Shown: piece by piece, positions 31,235-43,172 of the stretch
How the letters are laid out: each line of letters opens with the position of its first letter
Numbering within the stretch: position 1 is the stretch's first letter
From: Neophaeotheca triangularis
Lineage: Eukaryota
NCBI GenBank assembly: GCA_054600435.1
Contig: BAAIJX010000033.1
Location: 1-64,000 of the forward strand
Direction: 5' to 3'
DNA length: 64,000 bases
Notes under the pieces: model-generated
The model's input: the letters and a program-made list of their open reading frames with translations, nothing else
Database searches by the model: none
What the model was told of the DNA's origin: nothing
Made by a program: the position numbers and the translations under genes

Positions 31235-34200
31235 ATGGCAAACGGTAAGCATATCCAGACCCTTCGCTCACCCGCAGTCTTCAGCGACTCATCAATCGCA
31301 ACTAGCAGGCGAGAAAGACCGCGCGCTGCGCAACGGCAAGAAGAAGAGCGGAAAACTCGACGAGGGTCAGCGTGCGAGCACCAAGGCCGGCATGACCGAT
31401 AATTTCGACACGGAGCTATACGGGAATGAGACCGGAGACAAGTACGCAGGCTACAACACCAGCATCGCTATCGACGATGACGCAGACATGGATGACGGTG
31501 AGGACGGAATGGATGAGGGCGCTGGAAGGTTGGTCGCGCAGTACACCGCCACCGATGCGCAGAGGAACGAGTGGGCGCAAGGCGACGCTGCGGAGTCGGT
31601 CGACATGATGCAAGACAAGGAGAAGCAAGCGCAGATTGCCAGTCGCCAGAGCGAGTACCAGAACAAAATGTTCGACCGCGCCCGCTTCGACGGCGCTGGA
31701 GTCGGCATGTCGCACCAGGAAGCCATGAAGCAGCGTGAGATTGAGAAAGAGGAGGCTCGGGTTAAGAAGATTCTCGAGGATCAGAAGAAGGAGAAAATCG
31801 CCAATGGAGACGATGATGACATGGAGGATGCTCCGGCTATGGCAATGCTAAAAGAGGCGGACTCTTCCAAAGACACTGAGATGGCAGATGGTGCGACTGA
31901 AGTCGAGGACAAACCTAAGAAGAAGCGTTCGCGCTGGGACACCGGGCCTGCTGAGGCGGATGCAGCAACTGCGAACGAGGACACAGACGCGCCACCGAAG
32001 CGCCGCTCGAAGTGGGATGCACCACCTGTCGATGGCGAAGCTCCGCCGAAGAAACGCTCCAAATGGGATGTTGCTCCCGCTGAGAGCTCCGCCCCTGCTC
32101 CCGTGCCCAGCCAGGCCGTTGGAAGATCTTCTGCCAATGACATACACGGCCGCAACGCACCGATCTCAGACGAAGAGCTTGATGAATGGTTCAACTTCCC
32201 AGGCTACGAGATTCTCACGCCGCCGCCCGGTTACGAACCGAAGTTTGCTCCAGCCAAGCGTCTCGCTCCCTCCGCCTCATCGCCAGTTGAGGGCAGCTTC
32301 ATGAACCAGCAGTCTGTCGACCCCCGCTCTATGGGCAAGGAACTACCATCGGACATTCCAGGAGTAGGTGACTTGCAGTTCTTCAAGAATGAGGACATGA
32401 AGTATTTCGGCAGGCTTGTCGAGACGCAGGACGAAAGCGGTTTGAGCAACGAGGATGTCCGTGAGCGTAAAATCATGCGCTTGCTTCTCAAAGTCAAGAA
32501 TGGAACGCCACCCATGCGTAAGACTGCTCTCCGCCAGCTTACGGACAACGCGAAAAACTTCGGTGCTGGGGCGCTGTTCGACCAGATTCTTCCCCTTCTC
32601 ATGGAGAAGACACTCGAGGATCAGGAACGCCACTTGTTAGTGAAGGTCATCGACCGAATTCTCTACAAGCTCGGAAGCATGGTTCGACCATATGTTCACA
32701 AGATCTTGGTCGTTATCGAGCCGCTGCTCATCGACCAGGACTACTACGCTCGTATGGAGGGTCGTGAGATTATTTCCAACCTGTCCAAGGCTGCTGGCCT
32801 TGCCTTCATGATCAGCACCATGAGACCCGATATCGACCATCAGGATGAGTATGTTCGCAACACTACTGCTCGTGCCTTCGCTGTGGTCGCAAGCGCTCTT
32901 GGTGTGCCCACCATGCTCCCCTTCCTCAAGGCTGTTTGCGGTAGCAAGAAGTCATGGGAGGCTCGTCACACCGGCGTGAAGATTGTCCAGCAGATTCCGA
33001 TTCTCATGGGCAACGGCATCCTTCCTCATCTCGCGGGACTGGTCGACGCCATTGGAGACAATCTGAATGACGAGCAGGCCAAAGTCCGCACCGTCACTTC
33101 ACTTGCCCTCGCTGCTCTCGCCGAGGCTGCCGCTCCGTACGGTATCGAGTCATTTGACTTGATTCTCAACCCACTTTGGACCGGCGCCCGCAGGCAGCGC
33201 GGAAAGGGTCTTGCTGGCTACCTCAAAGCTGTCGGGTTTATTATTCCCCTCATGGACGAAGAGTACGCCAACTACTACACCAGTCAGATCATGGAGATTC
33301 TGCTTCGCGAGTTTCAGAGTCAGGACGAGGAGATGAAGAAGGTCGTGCTCAAGGTCGTCAGCCAGTGCTCTGCCACCCCTGGTGTTACTGCTCCGTACCT
33401 CATTAACGATGTCATGCCGGAGTTTTTCAAAAGTTTCTGGGTTCGCAAACTTGCGCTTGATAAGCGTAGTTACGCTCAGGTCATCGAGACCACAGTGGAT
33501 CTCTCCCAGAAGGTCGGCTGTGGGCACATTCTTGACAACATCGTTCCACACCTCAAGGACGACAGCGAACCGTTCCGCAAGATGGCCATGGAAACGATCG
33601 AGAAAGTCATCACCTCGCTCGGGACAGCAGACGTCGACGAACGCCTCGAAGAGCTACTCGTTGACGGCATAGTCCACGCGTTCCAAGAGCAGAGTGTTGA
33701 AGACATCAGTATCCTCAACGGCTTCGGTACCGTCGTCAACTCCCTCGGATACCGAACCAGGCCGTACATTCCCCAGATCGCCAGTACTATCCTGTACCGT
33801 CTAAACAACAAGAACTTCACGGTCCGCCAGCAGGCTGCTGATCTCGTGTCGCGCATCGCTGTGGTTATGAACCAGTGCGAGGAGCACGATACCATGAACA
33901 AGATCAGCGTGGTTCTTTACGAGTTCCTCGGCGAGGAGTATCCCGAAGTCCTCGGCTCCATCATCGGCGCGCTCAAGAGCATCGTCAACGTCGTCGGACT
34001 GGCCCGCATGCAGCCACCCATTAGGGATCTCCTTCCTCGTCTCACGCCCATTTTGCGCAACAGACACGAGAAGGTTCAAGAGAACTGCATCGACCTTGTC
34101 GGTCGCATTGCCGACCGTGGCCCCGAGACCGTCAATGCCCGTGAATGGATGCGCATCTGTTTCGAGCTGCTCGACATGCTCAAGGCACACAAGAAGGGCA

Positions 34201-34901
34201 TCCGTCGCGCTGCGAACAACACTTTCGGTTACATTGCCAGGGCCATTGGTCCCTCGGACGTTCTCTCAACTTTGCTCAACAACCTTCGCGTCCAAGAGCG
34301 CCAGAGCCGTGTCTGCACTGCTGTCGCCATTGGCATTGTTGCAGAGACTTGCCAACCGTTCACTGTGCTCCCCGCGCTGATGAACGAGTACCGTGTGCCA
34401 GAGCTCAATGTACAGAATGGTGTGCTCAAGGCCTTGTCCTTCCTCTTTGAGTATATTGGCGAGATGGGCAAAGATTACGTCTATGCCGTTACCCCACTAC
34501 TCGAAGACGCCCTCACCGACCGCGACCAGGTCCATCGTCAAACGGCCGCCGCAGTCGTCAAGCACATCGCCCTGGGCGTTGTCGGCATGGGCTGCGAAGA
34601 TGCTATGCTGCATCTACTCAACCTCCTGATTCCCAACCTGTTCGAAACCTCGCCTCACGTCATCGACCGCATCATCGACGCCATCGAGGCCCTGCGCATG
34701 GCCCTCGGCACTGGCGTGGTCATGAACTACATCTGGGCCGGGCTGTTCCACCCTGCTCGCAAGGTGCGCGTGCCATACTGGCGTTTGTACAACGAGGCCT
34801 ACATCCTCAGTGCCGATGCCATCGTGCCGAACTACCCTCGCGAGGCTTTTGAGAACTACCAGGGCATGATGGGCGATGAGATGCTCGACCTCACCATCTG
34901 A
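31235..34901 (+). CDS. HSH155: U2 snRNP splicing factor SF3B1 (Hsh155/Prp10), 2 exons
   Basis: 10-nt first coding exon, intron 31245-31308, RSRWD/RSKWD ULM repeats and HEAT repeats ([32 protein letters not shown]). Confidence 0.96.
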
Positions 34902-35552
34902 GCGCGTGCGTTCTCAAGTGACGATTGCTACGATTAGGGTGCTGGGCGAATCAGCGGGCTTACTGCATGCATGCATCATCAGATTGTGTACAAAACTCGG
35001 GGCGTTACTGCAAGCGATAACCATCAAGCGGGTACCGGCGTCATTTGCAAGGGGAGTCAAGAAGGAACGGCGTGTATAAGAAGGGCGTAGTAGGGAGTCG
35101 GTAACATTCGTCAGAATAGCTAGCTACCTTATCCAAAACATTCGTTGAATACTTCAATGCTCCCTCCCGTCTGCGTAATGTACGAAGGGCTTTTGTCAGT
35201 GAGATCGATGCCTTGTGTCCAGTGATGTTCATTGGTATGGTCGCTAATCCTTACAGGCAGCCCCTCTCTGGTGACATGTCTATCTCTTGGTGAGCTCTAC
35301 CGTAGCAGCAATCTCCTCCTAGCCAACCGCGCAGAGTCGGCGTATGGCCCAAGCCACAGAGATTCGCGTGAAAATACGTACAAACCCGCCGCTCTGCAAC
35401 GACAAAGTTTGCCCCGGCCACATTCTTTCTAGAGGCTCTAACAGAAAATCTCAATTCCATGTACCGGTGGCATACGCGCGAAGCAATCGCAGATGCCTGT
35501 CACAATAGGGTACTTCATCCAAGACCAGACCTCTCCACACATGAAATTCTCT

Positions 35553-36655
35553 TTACAATTTAGCATCCTTAGCCTTCATCATAACATCTCTCGTAAGCAA
35601 CTCTCCTTCTTTCTTGATGGGACTGAGCCGCCCAATTCTCATCAGCCGCTCTATCATTTCCTCGTCCCCGAAATGGCTATTATGTTCGAACTCCGGCTCC
35701 CTTCCATAGGCGACCCGTGCGGCATCGACTAGAATGCGCGCCGTCATACCAAAGACTCGGTAACGAGGCTGTTGTAGCGGATCGTCGGGATTACGGTAGA
35801 AGGTTTGGGGTAGCGGAGGCTGCAATGTAGAACCCGATCTCGTAGTCCTGTTGTCGCTGTTGGCTGCGGCTTCAGATTGCCCGGAAGTCCCCGCCGTGCT
35901 CGACTTCTGGCTCCCTTGCCGTTCTTCCTGCTGCTGCTGGCGCGCCCTCGAAGCGAGAAAAACCGTCGAGGGTGTGACTGGTACCCAGAACTGATGCATC
36001 CGCCATGCCGTCTCGTGCCAGCTGTGCCAGGAGCCCTTGTACCACTCCCCGGGCACAGTCTCCCTCGTCTTCTCGTCCTCGTCGTGTGAGCGCATGAAAC
36101 CGTGAAAGGGTGCGGTAAATACGGCAGCGACCTCTTTCGGATCCAGTTTCGGAAGTAAATCTCTCGCGGCATCCGGTGCCTTGTTCTTTGAGCTCGGCTC
36201 CGGGGTCTTGAGGTACGCGACGCAAGGCCGCACTCCAAGCTCCGTCATGGCCAGATTCGCGGGCAATTCGGTCAAGTGCTCCACACTGTAGCCCGCAGGC
36301 AATTTGTCATCTGTGAGCGCCAGGCCTATCTCCTCGAACGCTTCCCTCCGGGCTGTTTGGAAGGGCGTTTCCTGTAAAGTGTCGGCTTTACCGCCAGGCA
36401 GCGCTGCTTGGCCGGCATAGTTCTTGAGTTTGGCGGAGCGAATCGTCAGGACAACCCGCAAGTCGCCACGACGATCGGCGAAGAGGAGGATTAGCACAGC
36501 GGCGCGGCGAGTTAAGGGGCATTTGTAGTAGTTGGTGCGCTCGGGGGTAAAGGCGCGGAGACGGGCGAGCGCGGCCTTGATAAACGTCAGCTCGTCTGCT
36601 CCATACCAGTTGAGCAAGCCATACCGACCTTGGACGCGGGCGAGAGTGCTGCCAT
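35553..36655 (-). CDS. PCD1: Peroxisomal CoA diphosphatase, Nudix family (Pcd1/NUDT7-like), 2 exons, PTS1 AKL
   Basis: LTIRSAKLKNYAGQAALPGGK followed by the Nudix box TARREAFEEIGL; VFGMTARIL; C-terminal AKL. Intron 36576-36628 (alternative donor at 36624). Confidence 0.88.
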
Positions 36656-37189
36656 AACAATGCCATGGTTTGATGGTACAGAACGTAGCGTACACGGTGG
36701 GAGGAAGTGGTCGACCGTCTAATGCTAAGAGCCGCACAGCCGAGGTTGAACAAGGTGACGTTCCTGCTGCTTTTGGATCCCGAAACATTCACTTTGAGCT
36801 CAAATACAACGTTGATCGAACGACATGCCTACCTTTTGTCAAAGCCTGCTTTCTCGGGGAGCGTGGAAGTCTGCCTGGCAACAGATTCTCTTGGAAGAAA
36901 CGCTAAAGCATCGATCACAAAAGGCCGTTTCTCTCCATTGCCTTGAACCCCAGAGATGTTGGGCAGGCCGATGTCGCCTGGGGTTTGGACGGAGGCCCGC
37001 ATAGCTAGGCGTTAGGGGAGGAGAGAGGCAGGTAATGAGGTAAGGTAGTGATGAAGAGGTTCCTACATATGTTCGTTCCTGGGTGAGCTCCTTTACTGCA
37101 TCAACTAACAGATCAAGTAAACTACACACGCTCAACGATTAACTCCGGTCCCGAATCACGCGCCGCATAGCAAAGAAGTCGCAACCAAG

Positions 37190-37649
37190 ATGCAACTCAT
37201 CAAAGCCTCCCACAAGCCCGCTACCGCTTCCAAGCAACCGACGGAGACCTTCACAGGCCAGGTACTCATGGATCCGATATGGACCGCCGAAGACTGTATG
37301 GGCAATAACGTCTGCTTCACGCCTGGAGCCCGCACTTACTGGCACTACCACGAGCGCGGTCAGGTCCTGATCTGCACCATGGGCTACGGCTTGGTCTGTA
37401 GCAAAGGCGGCGAGCCTCGGAAGTTGGAAGTTGGTGATATTGTTCATGTGTCTGCTGGAGAGACGCACTGGCATGGCGGGACGAAGGATACGCTGATGGC
37501 ACATACAGCTATCAGTTTGGGAAGTAAGTTGTGCCCCTCCTCTTCTGCGTAGGGTTGATGAGACGGAGGTTGACCAGGGTCAAGAAACCACTTGGCTGGA
37601 AGAGCTGAAACAGGAAGAGTACGAAAAAGCGCATGAGCTATCCAAGTAG
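37190..37649 (+). CDS. Small cupin-domain protein, 2 exons
   Basis: Cupin motifs FTPGARTYWHYHERGQVL and GDIVHVSAGETHWHGG. Intron 37524-37584 leads to KTTWLEELKQEEY. Confidence 0.85.
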
Positions 37650-38018
37650 CACAGCGCGTTTTTTGGTGATAGGTAACGGGGATAGTCTTCCTGGAATCTT
37701 TGCAAGCTCTGTCCTCTTTCCAAGGCCGCCAGAACTTTCCTATTCGTAGGACCATCCTCCCGGGGCTGCTGTAGATTCCAAATGACAGCAAGAGGCCGGT
37801 ATCACCGGCCATCATTGCGGGGTGTGCTCTCGTGGTGCGCTGGCTCACGCTTCCGCCTCTAATTGCCTGTCGAGTTGGATTCCAGGTGCAAAGTGCGATG
37901 GACTTCGATCGAAGAGCCTGTAGAGGGCCTTGAGTTTCCTCATAACAACCTCGTCCTCAACGCGGCCGAAGAGTGTCTGGCGAACTTAGAGCATGCCGAT
38001 CGGCTTGCCTTCATCAGC

Positions 38019-38879
38019 TCACTTCTTTGCCTTCTGATCTTGCTTCGCCATCCTAGTTTTGTACTCTCGAGGGCTCTCGTGCTGCTTCTTTGAACCGTTC
38101 CTGCCCAGCATCTTGTCGACCAGACCAGGCGCCTGCCACATGCCCACTCCCTTCTGTTTTGCCCTCTCCTCCGCGGCCTTGTAGTTTTCTTCCTGACCGC
38201 CAAACTCGCTCCCGAACTTCGCCTCGTACACAGTTGCGAGGCCCGACCTGAGCATGTTCAACCCAACATCGGATTTGAAAAACAAGAACTTCCTCCGGTA
38301 AACAGAGCACACAATACGGTCATACTGATCCCGTCTGTAAGGATACGCGCGCACGTAATTGCCCGAAATATTCGATTTCAGCCATTCCAGTGCTTCCTGG
38401 CCATATGGCTGCGCAGGGCGCCCGAAATGCGCCAACTCAGGTGCATCTACACCTGCAATCCTGACGTGCACTGTCTGATCCTTGACTTCCTTCGGGGTCT
38501 TGTGTTGAATCTTGCGGCCGGGAATCCAGCCCCAGCCCAGCCATCTGCCGCCAGGGGTATGGAAGAGACGAAAGTTGTCGCCGTCGCCTACGCTCGTTAC
38601 GTAGCCATACAAGCTGCGCTGACGGAAAAGTGACGGCTTGAGATATTCGACTGTGGGGATTCGTCGTAGATAAGTTTTGTACAGGCGTATCAGGGCTATG
38701 GTTGTTGCGGTGGTAACGACAGATGCAATGATTGTCTGTGGTGTCGTGTAGTGCGACCAGTCAGTGCTGTTAAGATTGGATGACCAGGATCCAGTAGGTT
38801 TAGGGAGGACAGGGCTATCGGATATGTTGTCATGGTCGGCGGTGCTCGGTCGCGAAGACAGCCATTCCGGCCATCTCAT
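38019..38879 (-). CDS. LCL3: Staphylococcal-nuclease-like endonuclease Lcl3
   Basis: TM segment, YLRRIP, VTSVGDGDNFRLFHTPGG, VRIAGVDAPE, DQYDRIV and GLATVYE. Confidence 0.93.
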   Translation of the reverse strand: MRWPEWLSSRPSTADHDNISDSPVLPKPTGSWSSNLNSTDWSHYTTPQTIIASVVTTATTIALIRLYKTYLRRIPTVEYLKPSLFRQRSLYGYVTSVGDGDNFRLFHTPGGRWLGWGWIPGRKIQHKTPKEVKDQTVHVRIAGVDAPELAHFGRPAQPYGQEALEWLKSNISGNYVRAYPYRRDQYDRIVCSVYRRKFLFFKSDVGLNMLRSGLATVYEAKFGSEFGGQEENYKAAEERAKQKGVGMWQAPGLVDKMLGRNGSKKQHESPREYKTRMAKQDQKAKK

Positions 38880-39254
38880 GGCGCGAGAGGGTGGAGGTAA
38901 CTAAATACCAGAGGATGTTGTAACCATAGATACAGGCTCGTGCAAACTGCATGTTGGAAAAACGTACTTCCCGATGCAGTCTAGCCGACGCGCCGTCGCG
39001 CCTGCACTCCAGCTTCACCTGCAGGCTGGAAGCATGACGCCGAGGTCGGGCGGTTTGGCGGGAAGCGCCCAAGCTCCTCGAGAGATCGTGGGGAGACGGG
39101 AGCTTCCCACCGTGGCTTCCCAGATGAGACGGATGGGGTGGAGACACGAGACACGGGGTCGATGTACCTGCGTCCAAGGCAGACTACCTACACCTCCTGG
39201 CCTTATCCTACATCCCATCAACCTCGCCGCGTCCATACTCTCCAGCCACGCACG

Positions 39255-42200
39255 ATGGGTGGCGATTCGAGGATTATCCCCGTGACCATGTCCGGAGCCC
39301 ACTACCCACAGCATGCCGAGAAGCCGGTGGGCAAGCAGATCCACCAGATCTACCGTGATCGCTTGCGACAGTTCCTGACAACAGGCCAATACCGAGAACA
39401 TGGCCTCGTTCCAAAGTTGCACGATGGTCGACTGTCAGACGACAAACATATCAAGCTGCACGTCTGGGACGCCCCCGGCCTCACCCGGCCTACGTTCGAG
39501 GAAGCTACCAGCGAGAAGAATGAGTACCGCAAGACGCAAAAAGGCCAGGCTTTTGGGCCTAGCTGGTCGACGCACTGGTTCAAGGTGCAGTTCAATCTGC
39601 CATACGAGTGGACGTACAAGCCCCAGGTCGAGCTGCACTGGGATGCTGGCAACGAAGGCATGGTGTGGTCCGAGGATGGCAGGCCGCTGCAAGGTTTGAC
39701 TGGGAATGGCGAACGTATCGAATGGATTGTGCCCCTCGAGATGAGAGACTTTGACAAAGAACATACTATTTACATCGAGATGGCATGCAACGGCATGTTT
39801 GGCAATCCCAGTCATGGTGACACCATTCAACCACCCGATCCGAACAGGTATTTCCAACTGAAGGAAGCGGACCTGGTCAGTGTAGACCTGGAGGCACGCG
39901 GACTTTACTACGACTTTTGGGTCATTGGTGATGCTGCAAGAGAGTTCCCCGAAGATAGCTGGCAGGAGCATCAAGCCCTTCAAGTCTGCAACGAGATCAT
40001 GGACACTTTCATCAGGAACGACGGTTCAAGAGCCAGCATCGCGGATTGCAGAAAGATTGCTCAAAAGTATTTGGGTAAGAAGGTTGACTCTGCTAAAGTC
40101 TATAGCACGGAGGAGGAGCCACTGGTCTATGGCATCGGCCATTGCCACATTGACACCTGCTGGCTATGGCCGTGGGCGGAAACAAAGCGCAAGATTGCTC
40201 GCTCATGGTTGAATCAATGCGATCTCCTCGACCGCTACCCGGAGCATCGTTTTTGTGCCAGCCAAGCACAACAGTACAAGTGGCTTGAGCAGCTGTACCC
40301 GTCAGCGTATGACCGCGTCAAGGACCATGTCAAGAAGGGTAACTTCCAGCCAATCGGAGGAAGCTGGGTCGAACACGACACAAACATGCCCTCTGGTGAA
40401 TCTTTGGTTCGACAGTTCCTCTACGGCCAGCGATATTTCGAGTCTCGCTTCGGACAGCGATGCCGCACTTTCTGGCTTCCAGATACGTTTGGCTATAGCA
40501 CCCAGCTACCTCAGCTCTGCAGACTTGCTGGGATGAACAGATTCTTCACGCAGAAGCTCAGCTGGAACAACATCAACAACTTTCCGCATTCAACCTTCAG
40601 CTGGGTTAGTCTGGATGGCAGCCAAGTGATCTGTCACATGGCCCCAGCGAACACCTATACAGCTGAAGCTCATTTTGGCGATGTCAAGAGGAGCATGACA
40701 CAGCACAAGAGCATGGACCAAGACCCAACGTCCCTTCTCGTGTTTGGCAAGGGCGATGGTGGTGGTGGACCGACCTTTGGGCACCTCGAGCAGCTCCGAC
40801 GTGAACGAGGGATCGCTGATCAGGTCGGACTTCTTCCACGCGTTCACATGGGCGATAGTGTCGATGACTTCTTCGATCGCCTTGAGGGTCGTGTTGCCCG
40901 CAAGGAGGTAGACCTTGTCACTTGGTACGGCGAGTTGTATCTTGAGTTGCATCGCGGATGCTACACGACTCAAGCTCATAACAAGTACAACAACCGCAAG
41001 GCGGAGGTTCTTTTGCATGATATCGAGTACCTCGCGACGATGGCGACGATCGGTGGGAGCAAAGGATACAAATACCCAAAGAAGGATTTGGATGAAATGT
41101 GGGAGGGAGTACTGCTCTGTCAATTCCACGACTGCCTACCTGGTAGCTCGATCGAAATGTGCTACCGGGATTCTGACGAGCTCTATGCGAAGGTATTCAA
41201 GACTGGAGAAAAGACGCTCAGGGGGGCTATGGAGGCGCTTGGATTCTTCGATCACGACCGCTCTCGGCCAACGTCTGCACAGACCATGGTGAACACACTG
41301 GGCTGGGAGCGGGACGACAGCCTTGTTGGAGCTGGTCGAGCGAGCGGCGAGCGGGTAGTGACCGGAGAGCAGGTCGCCGAGGACGTCTTCGTCCTTGAGA
41401 ACGAACATCTGCGAGTCAGGATTGAAGCTGGTGTCATTACGTCGTTGTACGATAAGCGAGCCCGCCGCGAGACCGTTCCCAAAGGATCAAAGGCCAACCA
41501 ATTGGTCATATTCGATGACAAGCCCCTCTACTGGCAAGCCTGGGATGTTGAGGTCTACCACCTCAACTCCCGCAAAGAGCTCCACACGGACAGTGGGAGC
41601 TCGAAGATGGTTCGAAACGACAAGAACCGCGTCAGTGTGCAGAGCACGACAACCATCAGCGACAAGTCCAGCATCACGACTACTATTTCTCTCAGCGCCA
41701 GCACCAGCTCCGACAAGCCTAGCTACGTCGAGACCGAAGCCGACGTAGACTGGCACGAGTCGATGAAGTTCCTCAAGGTCGAGTTTCCCACCGACATCAC
41801 CAACACGGAAGCCTCGTACGAAACGCAATACGGCATCGTGCGCCGCCCAACCCACTACAACACAAACTGGGACATGAGCAAGTTCGAAGTCATCTGCCAC
41901 AAGTGGGCAGATCTCAGCGAGCACGGGTACGGAGTGTCTGTGCTCAACGATTGCAAGTACGGTTTCGCCACCGCGGGCAGTATGATGAGATTGTCGCTAC
42001 TAAGGTCCCCAAAAGCACCGGACGCGCACGCAGACATGGGTAAGCATACTATCCGCTGGGCAGTGATGCCGCACATGGGGTCTCTGGGACACGAGACAGT
42101 CCGGGCGGGTTTCGAGTTCAATTACCCTCCCCGCGTTGCTTGCCACGACGATCACGCGAGCGTGAGTAGGTTGCTTTCGGCTTTCAAGTTCACAGAGGAG

Positions 42201-42488
42201 AGCAACAAGAGTCTTGTCGTGGACTGCGTGAAGCGTGGCGAGGACGATGAAGACGCGAGCAATGGGGACATGCCTCCGAAGCAAGGACGTCACGTTATAT
42301 TGAGGGTTTACGACTCGCTAGGAGGCAGGAGCAGGGGGACAATTTCAATGGGAGATGTCAAGGTGGGCAGAGCTTGGAAGTGCAATCTCCTCGAGGATAA
42401 CGTTGAGGAGGTTGAGGTCACCAAGGATGGTCTGGAGGTCGAGTGCAGGGCTTTTGAGGTTCAGACCTTCAAGGTTGAATTGAAGTAG
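39255..42488 (+). CDS. AMS1: Class II alpha-mannosidase, GH38 (Ams1); an upstream in-frame ATG exists at 39162
   Basis: GHCHIDTCWLWP, FWLPDTFGYS, GDGGGGP, GELYLELHRG, QFHDCLPGS and LSLLRSPKAPD. Confidence 0.95.
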   Translation: MGGDSRIIPVTMSGAHYPQHAEKPVGKQIHQIYRDRLRQFLTTGQYREHGLVPKLHDGRLSDDKHIKLHVWDAPGLTRPTFEEATSEKNEYRKTQKGQAFGPSWSTHWFKVQFNLPYEWTYKPQVELHWDAGNEGMVWSEDGRPLQGLTGNGERIEWIVPLEMRDFDKEHTIYIEMACNGMFGNPSHGDTIQPPDPNRYFQLKEADLVSVDLEARGLYYDFWVIGDAAREFPEDSWQEHQALQVCNEIMDTFIRNDGSRASIADCRKIAQKYLGKKVDSAKVYSTEEEPLVYGIGHCHIDTCWLWPWAETKRKIARSWLNQCDLLDRYPEHRFCASQAQQYKWLEQLYPSAYDRVKDHVKKGNFQPIGGSWVEHDTNMPSGESLVRQFLYGQRYFESRFGQRCRTFWLPDTFGYSTQLPQLCRLAGMNRFFTQKLSWNNINNFPHSTFSWVSLDGSQVICHMAPANTYTAEAHFGDVKRSMTQHKSMDQDPTSLLVFGKGDGGGGPTFGHLEQLRRERGIADQVGLLPRVHMGDSVDDFFDRLEGRVARKEVDLVTWYGELYLELHRGCYTTQAHNKYNNRKAEVLLHDIEYLATMATIGGSKGYKYPKKDLDEMWEGVLLCQFHDCLPGSSIEMCYRDSDELYAKVFKTGEKTLRGAMEALGFFDHDRSRPTSAQTMVNTLGWERDDSLVGAGRASGERVVTGEQVAEDVFVLENEHLRVRIEAGVITSLYDKRARRETVPKGSKANQLVIFDDKPLYWQAWDVEVYHLNSRKELHTDSGSSKMVRNDKNRVSVQSTTTISDKSSITTTISLSASTSSDKPSYVETEADVDWHESMKFLKVEFPTDITNTEASYETQYGIVRRPTHYNTNWDMSKFEVICHKWADLSEHGYGVSVLNDCKYGFATAGSMMRLSLLRSPKAPDAHADMGKHTIRWAVMPHMGSLGHETVRAGFEFNYPPRVACHDDHASVSRLLSAFKFTEESNKSLVVDCVKRGEDDEDASNGDMPPKQGRHVILRVYDSLGGRSRGTISMGDVKVGRAWKCNLLEDNVEEVEVTKDGLEVECRAFEVQTFKVELK

Positions 42489-43126
42489 AATAACGCGAGT
42501 TGCGAGTTGGACGGATTGTACGAAAGAAGCATGGTACTGTGTGTGACTGTCTCTAGAAACTGTAAAGGCACAAGATCATTTCGACGGCTAACGCTCACGT
42601 CTCACAACATCGCTCACCGTATTCGCCGAGCTCTAGTCGCGGGGTGAGGTCGAGTCGAAGCGTTGCACAAGAACAATGGAACGGTGGAACCGTCAGCCAC
42701 CTTGGAGCCATGTGCAGACTTGTGTAGCTTGGTCACCTAGATATCAGTGGTACTGGGCCAAGATTACCTTTCCAGGGCCCGCTACCCGTTACCCACGCGA
42801 TGGGAACCAGGCTGCTCCGAACCCAATGGCGGCTTTTACTATTCAAGTAAGTTAGCCTGGTAGTAAGTGTTGTTATACGAGAATCCGTCCATCTCGGTAG
42901 GCTGGCGATGTTCGGGCATGCTGCTCTTACAAGACTTACTGTAGCTACCTTACCTGCCTACGGCTCTACTTCCTCGCAGAGAGGGGAGCCGCATCGCCTT
43001 GCTTGAATGATACTTACTGTAGCTGCGATAAAGGGGCTCGGGTACCATAGTGTTACACGGTGACGACGAGCGTGCTGCTGGAGTTACACGTGACGGGTGG
43101 TGGGCGAAAACGAGGCCGAGAAGTTC

Positions 43127-43172
43127 CAGTGGTGCAGTGGTGCAGTGGTGCCGTGGTGCAGTGGTGCAGTGG
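43127..43172. repeat. 8-bp tandem repeat (CAGTGGTG) x about 5.5
   Basis: Direct reading; one unit is CCGTGGTG. Confidence 0.85.

Noticed and set aside
34190..34245. SF3B1 Asn at the position of human V1078 (splicing-inhibitor pocket)
   Set aside because: The same state is known in yeast Hsh155, so it is an ordinary fungal feature.
43127..43172. Short tandem repeats as a CRISPR-like array (also 50683-50750)
   Set aside because: They are head-to-tail micro/minisatellites without spacers in a eukaryotic genome.
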